Part shown: piece by piece, positions 8,649 through 15,346 of the stretch | Layout of the letters: each line of letters begins with the position of its first letter | Position numbering within the stretch: position 1 is the stretch's first letter | Made by a program: the position numbers and the translations under genes | The notes under the pieces: generated by a model | The model's database searches: none | What the model saw: only the letters and a program-made list of their open reading frames with translations | What the model was told of the DNA's origin: nothing | IMG/VR virus record: IMGVR_UViG_3300012952_000128 | Coordinates: 1 to 24,962 of that record | Source: a virus | Taxonomy: Duplodnaviria > Caudoviricetes | DNA: 24,962 nt | Reading direction: 5' to 3' (one strand)

Positions 8649-9407
8649 TAACGCTCGTTTCGGGTTAACGACAGAGCAAACTTTGTAGGTTGCGCTCTAC
8701 GTTGAGCCGAGCCCCTAGAGCAGGCCGGAAATGCAACCGGTGGAAAGACCGTCAGTCTTTACCACTTCCACCAGGCCAGGAACTAGACAGGCGGCTGCGC
8801 CTCAAGCGCAGTAGCCGACTGTCGTAAGCGTTGCAGGCTCGGCCAGATATAAACTAAGCGGCCGGTATACCCCATGACGTAGGGAGTCCACGGGTAGCCG
8901 AGAGCTGTATTTGTTTCTGGGATTCGATCTATTTAAGCCTCGATCCAGTTACGAGCGCGCCGCGCCCGCTCTGATGGCGGCGCGGCGCTCGTTGCGCTCC
9001 AGGTTCGCGACCGTAGCAGCGCACCAGGCGGACTAGACGCGAGCTCACCCCTGCTTGAATGGCCTGCGACAGGCGCAGGCAAGAAGGCTTGGGAGGAGCC
9101 AGTTAGAGCTGCGCGCTTATCGACAAGAGCGAAGAGGGCCAGGCGGGCACCGAGCTGGGTGGGGAAGTCTGCAAGCTCGGTGCAGGCCGGTGGCTCGTGT
9201 CCAATCTGGGCTCATGTCGGCGCTGCGCAACCGAGCTCCGAGTAACACCCGGTGCGATGGTAGACGCGCTTTCAGTACGTAGGAAACCCGCGCCGTCCAA
9301 GCGCGCTATCCAGCCTTTCTCTTCATTGCCCATTCGTCTCGCGCTGGTCGCGAGACCTCGGGGCGAGCTCTCCAGGCGTCTCACCCTGGTGTCGTCTCGC
9401 GTCTGCC
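8649..9407 (+). ncRNA. Candidate large structured non-coding RNA (or structured DNA element), family not recognised
   Basis: More than 15 mostly compatible, nested helices by eye, e.g. 8706-8713/8836-8843, 8732-8737/8830-8835, 8739-8745/8766-8772, 8951-8992 hairpin, 9035-9043/9396-9404, 9111-9118/9299-9306, 9147-9156/9174-9183, 9336-9343/9349-9356. Plus strand suggested by the promoter and several G-U pairs but not certain. Confidence 0.55.
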
Positions 9408-9450
9408 CGGGATAGACAACGGTTACCAAATGGGTACTTTTTGTGTGGAG

Positions 9451-9514
9451 GGTACCCCCCCTAACCCCCCCACGGGGGTATCAAAGAGGGCCCCGGGGGG
9501 AGGGGGTTGATACC
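9451..9514. other. C/G homopolymer tracts; candidate packaging (pac) or genome-terminus signal
   Basis: GGTA-C7-TAA-C7-AC-G5 ... CCCC-G6-A-G5, with inverted repeat GGTATCAA (9477-9484)/TTGATACC (9507-9514). Lies in the non-coding interval upstream of the terminase operon. Confidence 0.45.
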
Positions 9515-9692
9515 GCAAGAAAAGTTACCCACGTGTGCCATGATACCTGCAAGGGCACATGCATGTGTGCCACTGTTCCACCCACGGGACAATGTTCAGT
9601 GCATGCGCGCTTGCGCAAGTGGCACACTTCTGTGCCGTGATACATGCTACGGATCTTGCACCCCGTATCATGATACGTATCACGCGTGATAC
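9478..9692. repeat. Cluster of short TGATAC/GTATCA and TGTGCC/GGCACA repeats
   Basis: TGATAC or its complement at 9478, 9508, 9541, 9638, 9665, 9671, 9677, 9687. TGTGCC or its complement at 9534, 9554, 9566, 9621, 9631. Confidence 0.8.
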
Positions 9693-9768
9693 ACGCGTTC
9701 CACATCCCCCCTGGCCTCGACTCGTTGCACGTGAGATGCACGGTCCTAACGCGTCTAGAGGCCAGTCA

Positions 9769-9957
9769 CTACCGCACAGTGTGAAGATTATTCACAGTGG
9801 GTGTCAAGCCTACACCCTTGAGGTAAGCGCTCCTGGCCCTGGTCCAGCACTCGTAACTGCACACCCTCACGAGCCTCTCGGGCGTCCAGAATCCCCCCAC
9901 CCGCTGCGCTCTGCGCTGCTTACAGACGTGACAGGGCGTCATGAGCTCGCCTGGCAT
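9769..9957 (-). CDS. Small zinc-finger-like protein (CxxC...CSxxC)
   Basis: TPCHVCKQ...VRVCSYECW pattern. Start at 9957 or 9942 is more plausible than the track's 10044. Confidence 0.5.
   Translation of the reverse strand: MPGELMTPCHVCKQRRAQRVGGFWTPERLVRVCSYECWTRARSAYLKGVGLTPTVNNLHTVR
9778..9807 (-). promoter_or_regulatory. Candidate promoter with a palindromic operator, pointing into the repeat/structured region
   Basis: Perfect TTGACA (9807-9802), 18-nt spacer, CACACT (9783-9778). Palindrome TGTGAA-N5-TTCACA (9780-9796) overlaps the spacer and -10. Confidence 0.45.
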
Positions 9958-10114
9958 AGGAGCTCGAATCGCGCTCGTCTGCGGTGCGCAGCTGCTCCAG
10001 GACAGCCACCACGCGAGCGCTCGCACGGATGCGCTCGGCTGCATCCCGGAGCTCGTCGATCACGTCCAATAGCTGGGACGTCTCTCGGTCAATCTCTGCC
10101 TGACGCCTGTCCAT
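9920..10114 (-). CDS. Small coiled-coil hypothetical protein
   Basis: 64 aa, helical heptads, purine-rich upstream sequence, collinear with neighbours. Confidence 0.55.
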   Translation of the reverse strand: MDRRQAEIDRETSQLLDVIDELRDAAERIRASARVVAVLEQLRTADERDSSSYARRAHDALSRL

Positions 10115-10364
10115 TCTCGACCCCTCTGCTCGCTCGTGACCCGAGCTGCATCACCGCCCCTTCGAGCGCCGTCAGCGACCTTTGGAGCTCGCCCACAACC
10201 TCGACCAGCCGCGCATATACAGCGCGCTGGTCGTCCCTGTGTGCGTCCCCGAGCTCCCGCAGGTCCTTACGCATGCGCTCGATGAGCTGCGACTGCTGCC
10301 AGATGACCCAGCCAGCGACACCGAGGGCACCGCCCGCCCCTGTGATGACCTCCAGTCCGTCCAT
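10089..10364 (-). CDS. Single-TM plus coiled-coil membrane protein (holin-like)
   Basis: MDGLEVITGAGGALGVAGWVIWQQ hydrophobic segment then coiled coil. ATG is 2 nt after the hydrolase stop. Confidence 0.55.
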   Translation of the reverse strand: MDGLEVITGAGGALGVAGWVIWQQSQLIERMRKDLRELGDAHRDDQRAVYARLVEVVGELQRSLTALEGAVMQLGSRASRGVENGQASGRD

Positions 10365-10366
10365 GA

Positions 10367-10933
10367 CTAGAGTGTACGCCCAGGACGCGACCAGAACAGG
10401 TTGCGCGTCGCTCCACACGAGACCGGCCCGGTGCGCTTTGGACGCCCGTCCATATGCCCTCCCCAGTGGAACGCGTCAGGACACGGGTCATCGAGCTCGC
10501 CAGTCGCCACCAACACCACCAGGAGCTGCACCTTCCGCCATGCGTCCCGCATCTGCGACCACTGCCCGCCGGGCCAGCTCGCTGGCTGCGGCTGGACCGG
10601 CTTCCACACCAGCTCAAGGATCCAACGTCGGTGAGCCCTCACGTGGTCAATCCCTCGCGCTGCGTCCCGGTGGATGCGGCAATACCTGCGCGCCATCTCC
10701 GCCGCCGTGACCCCCGCCTGGCGCGCTCGCTTGGCCAATACGTGAGCGATAGCGATGACGTCGGAGGTGTGACCGCCAGACTCCGCGACCACGCATTGTG
10801 CGATCGGCAGCAGCGCTGCGCCTATCTCGGGCGATGAAAAGACATCGCCCTCAGCCTCGGCGCTCACGGCGTTGGGAAGCGCGAGCAGGGCTGAGGCGAG
10901 GGCGATGAGGACCGAGTAACGTATGTACGTCAT
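10367..10933 (-). CDS. Secreted SleB/Hydrolase_2-like cell-wall hydrolase (putative)
   Basis: N-terminal signal peptide (VLIALASALLALPNAVSA). IAQCVVAESGG...IAIAHVLAKRA matches the SleB catalytic-Glu helix pattern, and DDPCPDAFHW resembles DPTxGAxxY/F. Confidence 0.55.
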   Translation of the reverse strand: MTYIRYSVLIALASALLALPNAVSAEAEGDVFSSPEIGAALLPIAQCVVAESGGHTSDVIAIAHVLAKRARQAGVTAAEMARRYCRIHRDAARGIDHVRAHRRWILELVWKPVQPQPASWPGGQWSQMRDAWRKVQLLVVLVATGELDDPCPDAFHWGGHMDGRPKRTGPVSCGATRNLFWSRPGRTL

Positions 10934-10985
10934 AACCTAGTCTAGCGCGTAGCTACACACGCCAGCTAGACCAGGACGGTGGCTG

Positions 10986-11162
10986 TCAGTGTTGGTACGA
11001 GGATCGCAGCACCTGTAGGAGAGCGTGCTCCATCTGCCGTCCCAGCTCCACGGCTACGAGGTCGCCGCGCTGGTGAGCGTGCATCCTCAGCGCTGTCAGG
11101 GTGTCCAGCATGTCCCACGCTCGGGACTGCTGCGGTGTGCAGTTGGGTCGAGAGGGCAGCAT
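10986..11162 (-). CDS. Hypothetical protein (58 aa)
   Basis: ATG 11162 coupled to the upstream TGA (TGATG). Confidence 0.5.
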   Translation of the reverse strand: MLPSRPNCTPQQSRAWDMLDTLTALRMHAHQRGDLVAVELGRQMEHALLQVLRSSYQH

Positions 11163-11515
11163 CAGAACGGCCTCACGCGGTTGTGCATGCCTTCGTAGGA
11201 CGCACACAGCATGGTCATCGAGTCGCGGAGCTGCGCGAGCCGCGCCCGCAGGTGCTCCGAGCGCAGCACCAGCGCATCCGGCACGTGAGAGCCCGAGAAC
11301 CGGTCGAGGTCGGTCCGCAGCCTGGCGAGGGCGTCATCGAGGGCCGCAGCCTCACCCGCCACGTCCTGAAGTCCCACACGAGCGGCCAGCGTCCCGTCCT
11401 CCAGCACAGCCCGAGGCGACTCGGGCGGGGCGGTGAATGCGTACGGGTTAGCCCCGGCCTCGGCCTGCGCCTCGGCCTCCTGCGCCTGGAGCGCCTGATC
11501 ACCTGACTTGCTCAT
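11162..11515 (-). CDS. Hypothetical protein
   Basis: 117 aa, GGAGG RBS, ATGA overlap with the upstream gene. Confidence 0.65.
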   Translation of the reverse strand: MSKSGDQALQAQEAEAQAEAGANPYAFTAPPESPRAVLEDGTLAARVGLQDVAGEAAALDDALARLRTDLDRFSGSHVPDALVLRSEHLRARLAQLRDSMTMLCASYEGMHNRVRPF

Positions 11516-12009
11516 GCCTCGCCTCCCTTCACGGTCCTGAACTGCTGTGCGTTTGCGTCATCGAGCTGTTCGCGTGTGCTGGCCAGCTCCCGGGCCACAT
11601 GGCACAGCTCTCGGGTCTGCCACCGCACGAGCCAGATCAGCTCACGGATGGTGTATTCGGTCTGCGTCACCCGGTCGTACGCGTCCTCCTGCGACCGGAT
11701 GAGCTGCGCTAGGTCGACGCTCATGATCGCCGTTTCGAGCCGCCCGAACGCGGACACCAGGGCGGTGGGATAGTCCGGCTCGCTCGGCGGCATGTCCACG
11801 CTCACCTGATCGAGCAGATGCGCGGGAAGCTGATCGAGCCGCACGGGCTCGCCCTCCTCTGCAGCCTGGCGAGGCTGCTCATCACGAGCGCGCATCACCT
11901 CCGCCTGGACGAGGCGCATGCACTTGGGGCACGTGAGTCCGAACGTGGTGTCGGTCATCTGAGCGCGGGGCGTCTCCGTCCCGCAGTAGGCGCAGGCTGC
12001 GCAGCTCAT
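11512..12009 (-). CDS. Hypothetical protein with N-terminal Zn-ribbon (CAYC...CPKC) and C-terminal coiled coil
   Basis: 165 aa, GGAGG RBS, ATGA overlap, two CxxC pairs. Confidence 0.7.
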   Translation of the reverse strand: MSCAACAYCGTETPRAQMTDTTFGLTCPKCMRLVQAEVMRARDEQPRQAAEEGEPVRLDQLPAHLLDQVSVDMPPSEPDYPTALVSAFGRLETAIMSVDLAQLIRSQEDAYDRVTQTEYTIRELIWLVRWQTRELCHVARELASTREQLDDANAQQFRTVKGGEA

Positions 12010-12206
12010 GATTTGTCCTCCATGCGCTGGACGGCCGCGACCGCCTCCAGGGCCATCCGGTAGCTCACCCCGATGGCGCGGATGTGCGCCACCACGAACG
12101 AGCGTGGGAGGGTCTTGGTCGGCTCGGCCTCGTCGAAACCGCGCTCGCCGATGGTCTCGAACTCGTCCGCCAGCCTGTTCAGGATCTTGATCATCTCATC
12201 ACTCAT
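12006..12206 (-). CDS. Hypothetical protein
   Basis: 66 aa, GAGGAG RBS, overlaps both neighbours. Confidence 0.7.
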   Translation of the reverse strand: MSDEMIKILNRLADEFETIGERGFDEAEPTKTLPRSFVVAHIRAIGVSYRMALEAVAAVQRMEDKS

Positions 12207-12381
12207 GGTCTGTATCTCCTCGCTCGCTCGGCTCGTAGCCCGAGCACAATCGATCTCGGAACTCGTACATCTCCTCGGGGGTCGGCTCGGTGACGTGACC
12301 CCCGAGCGCTGCGAGCGCCAGGGTCACGAGCATGCCCGCCAGAAACGCCCAGAGCAGTCGCTCGCTCTCCTGCTCGCTCAT
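12199..12381 (-). CDS. Small membrane protein
   Basis: True start probably ATG 12381 (GAGGGAG RBS, ATGA overlap), not 12876. One TM segment LLWAFLAGMLVTLALAALGG. Confidence 0.65.
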   Translation of the reverse strand: MSEQESERLLWAFLAGMLVTLALAALGGHVTEPTPEEMYEFRDRLCSGYEPSERGDTDHE

Positions 12382-12671
12382 GGCTCCCTCAGGTATTCGA
12401 GGATGTCGCATTCGATGCTGTCGCGCTGACCGTCGTCCAGCTCGACGGGTGCGCCCTTCGCCGCGACCGTGACGCCACCGATCACCAGGGCCTCGGCCCG
12501 GGTCGCGGCCTCCAGCACGGCGTGAGCGGACCATGAGGGATCGGTCATGCCCCCGCGCTGCGCGGGCTCGACGTGAAACTCGACCTCGATCTCGGTCTCG
12601 ACCTCGATCTCGACCGCGTCCTCGCCGCCGCCCGTGATGGTGAGGGTCTCGATGACGTGGAAGTTTTTCAT
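12378..12671 (-). CDS. Acidic hypothetical protein
   Basis: Start MKNFHVIET at 12671 with ATGA overlap. 97 aa, Glu-rich beta pattern EIEVETEIEVEF. Confidence 0.65.
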   Translation of the reverse strand: MKNFHVIETLTITGGGEDAVEIEVETEIEVEFHVEPAQRGGMTDPSWSAHAVLEAATRAEALVIGGVTVAAKGAPVELDDGQRDSIECDILEYLREP

Positions 12672-13195
12672 CGCTGCCCCCACTCGCGGACCTCGTCGAG
12701 GTGCTGCGTGTCCACCCAGAACCACCCCTTCTCCAGTCCGATACGGCCCATTCCGTAAAGCCGATCCGCGAGACTCGCAGCGCGGTCGCGGTCAGTCTCG
12801 ACGCCGAAGGTGTCGTTGACCTCATCGACCAGCGCCTGGCGGTCGCTCGCACTGAGAAGCTTCTCGTACTCTGCACGGATGCACGAGCGCGCCCAGTCGG
12901 CGGCGTTCTCGACGGCCCTCAGACACGCCCGAGCAGCACGAATGTCGGTCACGATGATCACCCGCTCACAGCGCGGGTGCGCCCTGCGCAGCTTGCGCGC
13001 AGCCTTGCCCGCTGCCCCGCCGAGCTGACACGCGTCGTCGAGGCTGAGATCCTCGGAGTAGACGGGCACCGCCCGCTTGGTGGTGTAACTCCCGATGCCG
13101 TTCGTCCAGTCGGACTGCATGACGCAGCCGCCGCGCTGGACGAGCAGCTCTTGCAACATTCGGCGCTGTGTCTTGGTGTGTTTGATGACGTTCAT
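12668..13195 (-). CDS. Hypothetical protein
   Basis: 175 aa with GAGGAG RBS. Confidence 0.7.
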   Translation of the reverse strand: MNVIKHTKTQRRMLQELLVQRGGCVMQSDWTNGIGSYTTKRAVPVYSEDLSLDDACQLGGAAGKAARKLRRAHPRCERVIIVTDIRAARACLRAVENAADWARSCIRAEYEKLLSASDRQALVDEVNDTFGVETDRDRAASLADRLYGMGRIGLEKGWFWVDTQHLDEVREWGQR

Positions 13196-13229
13196 GGCTC
13201 TAGTCTCCTCGTTGCTCAGGTGGTTCTAA

Positions 13230-13640
13230 TCAGTGGATGCGGCGGGCCGAGGGCCTGCGCTTCTTCGTGGGGGCCGGAGCGGTCTCGATGACCGGCTCGA
13301 CGATGGTGGGCACCGCGCTGACGCGGCGGGCGCTCACGCGGCGCGGGCGGCCGCTGACCTGGCGGGCGGTGCGGCGAGCGGCGCGGACCTCATCGCGGCT
13401 CGGGACGGGCTCACCGGCGAGGCGGTGACGCGCCTGGACGGTGTGGTAGCAGTGCCCGTGGACCTGGAACCCCTTGCAGGTGCAGGCGATGTCCGAGCCG
13501 TCAGCCTCGCGGCCGGTCAGGGTGTACTCGTTGCCGCTCTCGGCGACGAACGGCATCACCATCGTGCCGTCGGCGCGCACAGTAAAGCGCAGGCGGCTGG
13601 TGGTGTCGGTAAGGCGTGTCGTGGTGTTCTCGTTGCTCAT
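13230..13640 (-). CDS. SWIM zinc-finger domain protein
   Basis: SGNEYTL...CTCKGFQVHGHCYH fits the SWIM CxC...CxH motif. Arg-rich tail. Probable start MSNENTT at 13640 after an AT-rich gap. Confidence 0.7.
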   Translation of the reverse strand: MSNENTTTRLTDTTSRLRFTVRADGTMVMPFVAESGNEYTLTGREADGSDIACTCKGFQVHGHCYHTVQARHRLAGEPVPSRDEVRAARRTARQVSGRPRRVSARRVSAVPTIVEPVIETAPAPTKKRRPSARRIH

Positions 13641-13715
13641 GAGTAAAACATAAGGCCGAAACGCCGATTTGATTAGCCATGCAAATTGCAAAACACCTGT
13701 CCACCGGTGGGACAA

Positions 13716-13967
13716 TCACCCGAGCCGCTCGCGGACCTCCTCGATCGTCAGGCGCTCCACAAATACCGGGGTGCCCTCTCCGACCCATGCACTCGTGATG
13801 TTGAATGCGATGTGCTCGTCGACGTGCTGCTCGGGGCATCCCTGGGCCACCAGGAGCTCGCGCACGGCTGCGAGGTCATAGACCAGAAGCACTTGACCCC
13901 CCTGCGTCCCGAGGCCGAAGAGCGCCTCGTCTAGTCCGTCTGCGGCCATCGGTTCCCGCTCACTCAT
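13716..13967 (-). CDS. Conserved phage hypothetical protein
   Basis: ADGLDEALFG...VYD...FNITSAWVGEGTPVF is a pattern I recall from uncharacterised aquatic-phage proteins; function unknown. Confidence 0.7.
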   Translation of the reverse strand: MSEREPMAADGLDEALFGLGTQGGQVLLVYDLAAVRELLVAQGCPEQHVDEHIAFNITSAWVGEGTPVFVERLTIEEVRERLG

Positions 13968-14826
13968 AGTTCAGCTCCCATGCGTCATCGCTCACGCATC
14001 CTCGGTCCAGGATGAGTCTGGCGCGCTGCCCGACGATTTGCCCGACTTGGGGCACGACGGCGTTACCGAGTGCGCGGAGCTGAGCCAGCCGTCCGGGAAT
14101 CCCATCAGCCAGCGTACAAAATGGGGGCTCAGTCGACCGCCAATGCTCTCGGGCTGCAGCCGCGCCAAAGGCTTTTCCAGGCTCTGATATGGGCCTTCGT
14201 CGCGCATCTCGATCCGCGCCTTCCTTTCGAGGTTGGCGGTCGGCGTAGGCACCCGCAGGATCCCCTTCTTGGCCAAGGTCGGCAAGCTCGGTCGATACGG
14301 GGCACCCGGAACCGGCTTGCGGTTGGATCCGTACTGCGAGGTGGTGGGGGTCGGCAGCAACGATGAAAAGTCGCCGCCGCAGGTGGGGCGCTCCGGCGTC
14401 CCGCGCTGATACAATTTCCCATTCCGCATCGTACCCGAGCGCGGCAAGGTCTCCGAGAACTCGGTCGAGTCCTCGAATAGCGAGCGCTGCGACGTTTTCC
14501 ACGATGACAAGTCGCGGTCGTAGCTCGCGAACCAACCGTGCATATTCGCTCCAGAGTCCCGATCGTTCTCCATCGATGCCCGCCCCCTTGCCTACCGTGG
14601 AAATGTCTTGGCAGGGAAACCCGCCGCAGATGACATCGCATCCGGTGAAGTCGTCGCCGGTCACCTCGCGCACGTCCTCGAAGCGCTGCGCCTCGGGCCA
14701 GTGATGCGCCAGCACCTGGCGCGCAAATGCGTCTTGCTCGACCTGCCACCGGGTCACCCCGAGCCCGGCCCACTCAAGGCCGAGCTCAAGGCCCCCAATC
14801 CCTGAGAACAAGCTCAGGATGTTCAT
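13960..14826 (-). CDS. C5 DNA cytosine methyltransferase, large (alpha) polypeptide
   Basis: Motif I SLFSGIGG, IV GGFPCQD, VI ENV, VIII PHLRRRLF, X LGNAVVP. Motif IX is absent from this frame. Confidence 0.92.
   Translation of the reverse strand: MNILSLFSGIGGLELGLEWAGLGVTRWQVEQDAFARQVLAHHWPEAQRFEDVREVTGDDFTGCDVICGGFPCQDISTVGKGAGIDGERSGLWSEYARLVRELRPRLVIVENVAALAIRGLDRVLGDLAALGYDAEWEIVSARDAGAPHLRRRLFIVAADPHHLAVRIQPQAGSGCPVSTELADLGQEGDPAGAYADRQPRKEGADRDARRRPISEPGKAFGAAAAREHWRSTEPPFCTLADGIPGRLAQLRALGNAVVPQVGQIVGQRARLILDRGCVSDDAWELNYE
13992..14543 (-). CDS. Methyltransferase small (beta) polypeptide nested in the +1 frame
   Basis: ORF wholly inside the MTase gene. GGAG lies 5 nt before ATG 14543. 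Contains motif IX-like RLSPHFVRWLMGFPDGW and two PTPT repeats. Confidence 0.75.
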   Translation of the reverse strand: MHGWFASYDRDLSSWKTSQRSLFEDSTEFSETLPRSGTMRNGKLYQRGTPERPTCGGDFSSLLPTPTTSQYGSNRKPVPGAPYRPSLPTLAKKGILRVPTPTANLERKARIEMRDEGPYQSLEKPLARLQPESIGGRLSPHFVRWLMGFPDGWLSSAHSVTPSCPKSGKSSGSAPDSSWTEDA

Positions 14827-15011
14827 GGCTGCTCCAGTCTCAGGATCTCCTGACTCGCGAGATGGAGCAGGGTACCGAGGGCGTATGGCTCCTCGGTGAC
14901 CTGATGCGTGCGGCCATACCTGTCATGGATGACCGCACGCCAGAGCTGACCGTCCCGCCCTACCTGTATTTGATAGTTCCGAGACGGCCGCTCGCTCTCA
15001 GAATGGGGCAT
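14823..15011 (-). CDS. Hypothetical protein
   Basis: 62 aa, GGAG RBS, stop overlaps the MTase ATG. Confidence 0.6.
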   Translation of the reverse strand: MPHSESERPSRNYQIQVGRDGQLWRAVIHDRYGRTHQVTEEPYALGTLLHLASQEILRLEQP

Positions 15012-15294
15012 CGCTCCGCTGCTCGGCGGGAGCGGAGTTCAGCCACGCGAGGATCTGAGGCTGGTCACAGCGCACGTCCACAAACCAGCGCTTGCCCTCG
15101 GCGAGCGAGCGCAGCCAATCGGTGATCATCTTCATGGGGTACTTCGACGTGTCACCGCCCTCGTCACTCTTCTCCGCGATGCTGATGCTGATGCGATTGC
15201 TCATGCGCTGATTGCGCCAAGCGGTGAGGATGTCGAACCGCTCCTCGGTGTTCTCTTTGTTGGTGATGCTGACGCTGAATAGAGGTCCTGCCAT
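14998..15294 (-). CDS. Putative single-stranded DNA-binding protein
   Basis: 98 aa, beta-rich, ends SDAPF like the SSB acidic-PF tail. Follows the exonuclease-annealase pair. Confidence 0.5.
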   Translation of the reverse strand: MAGPLFSVSITNKENTEERFDILTAWRNQRMSNRISISIAEKSDEGGDTSKYPMKMITDWLRSLAEGKRWFVDVRCDQPQILAWLNSAPAEQRSDAPF

Positions 15295-15346
15295 TGTTCT
15301 GCCTTTCGTTACTCGCTACTACTCACGGACCGTGACCCACCGTGGG

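Noticed and set aside
8649-9407. Interpretation as a tRNA cluster, tmRNA, group I/II intron or CRISPR array
   Set aside because: No cloverleaf with T-loop and CCA, no interrupted gene, no group II GUGYG/domain V ends recognised, and no regularly spaced direct repeats.
9055-9741. Short ORFs inside the non-coding interval (9055-9282, 9103-9429, 9197-9415, 9443-9640, 9481-9741, 9507-9689)
   Set aside because: Mostly TTG/GTG starts, no clear SD, atypical composition, and they overlap on both strands. Base-pairing and repeats explain the sequence better, though a small peptide cannot be fully excluded.
12199-12876. 225-aa ORF as called by the track
   Set aside because: The upstream ~165 codons are an alternate frame of two other genes (the RGRDRGRD run mirrors EIEVETEIEVE); only 12199-12381 has an RBS and plausible composition.
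14129-14773. Third open frame (214 aa) across the methyltransferase
   Set aside because: Arg/Cys/Ser-rich with no MTase motif or RBS, unlike the +1 nested ORF.
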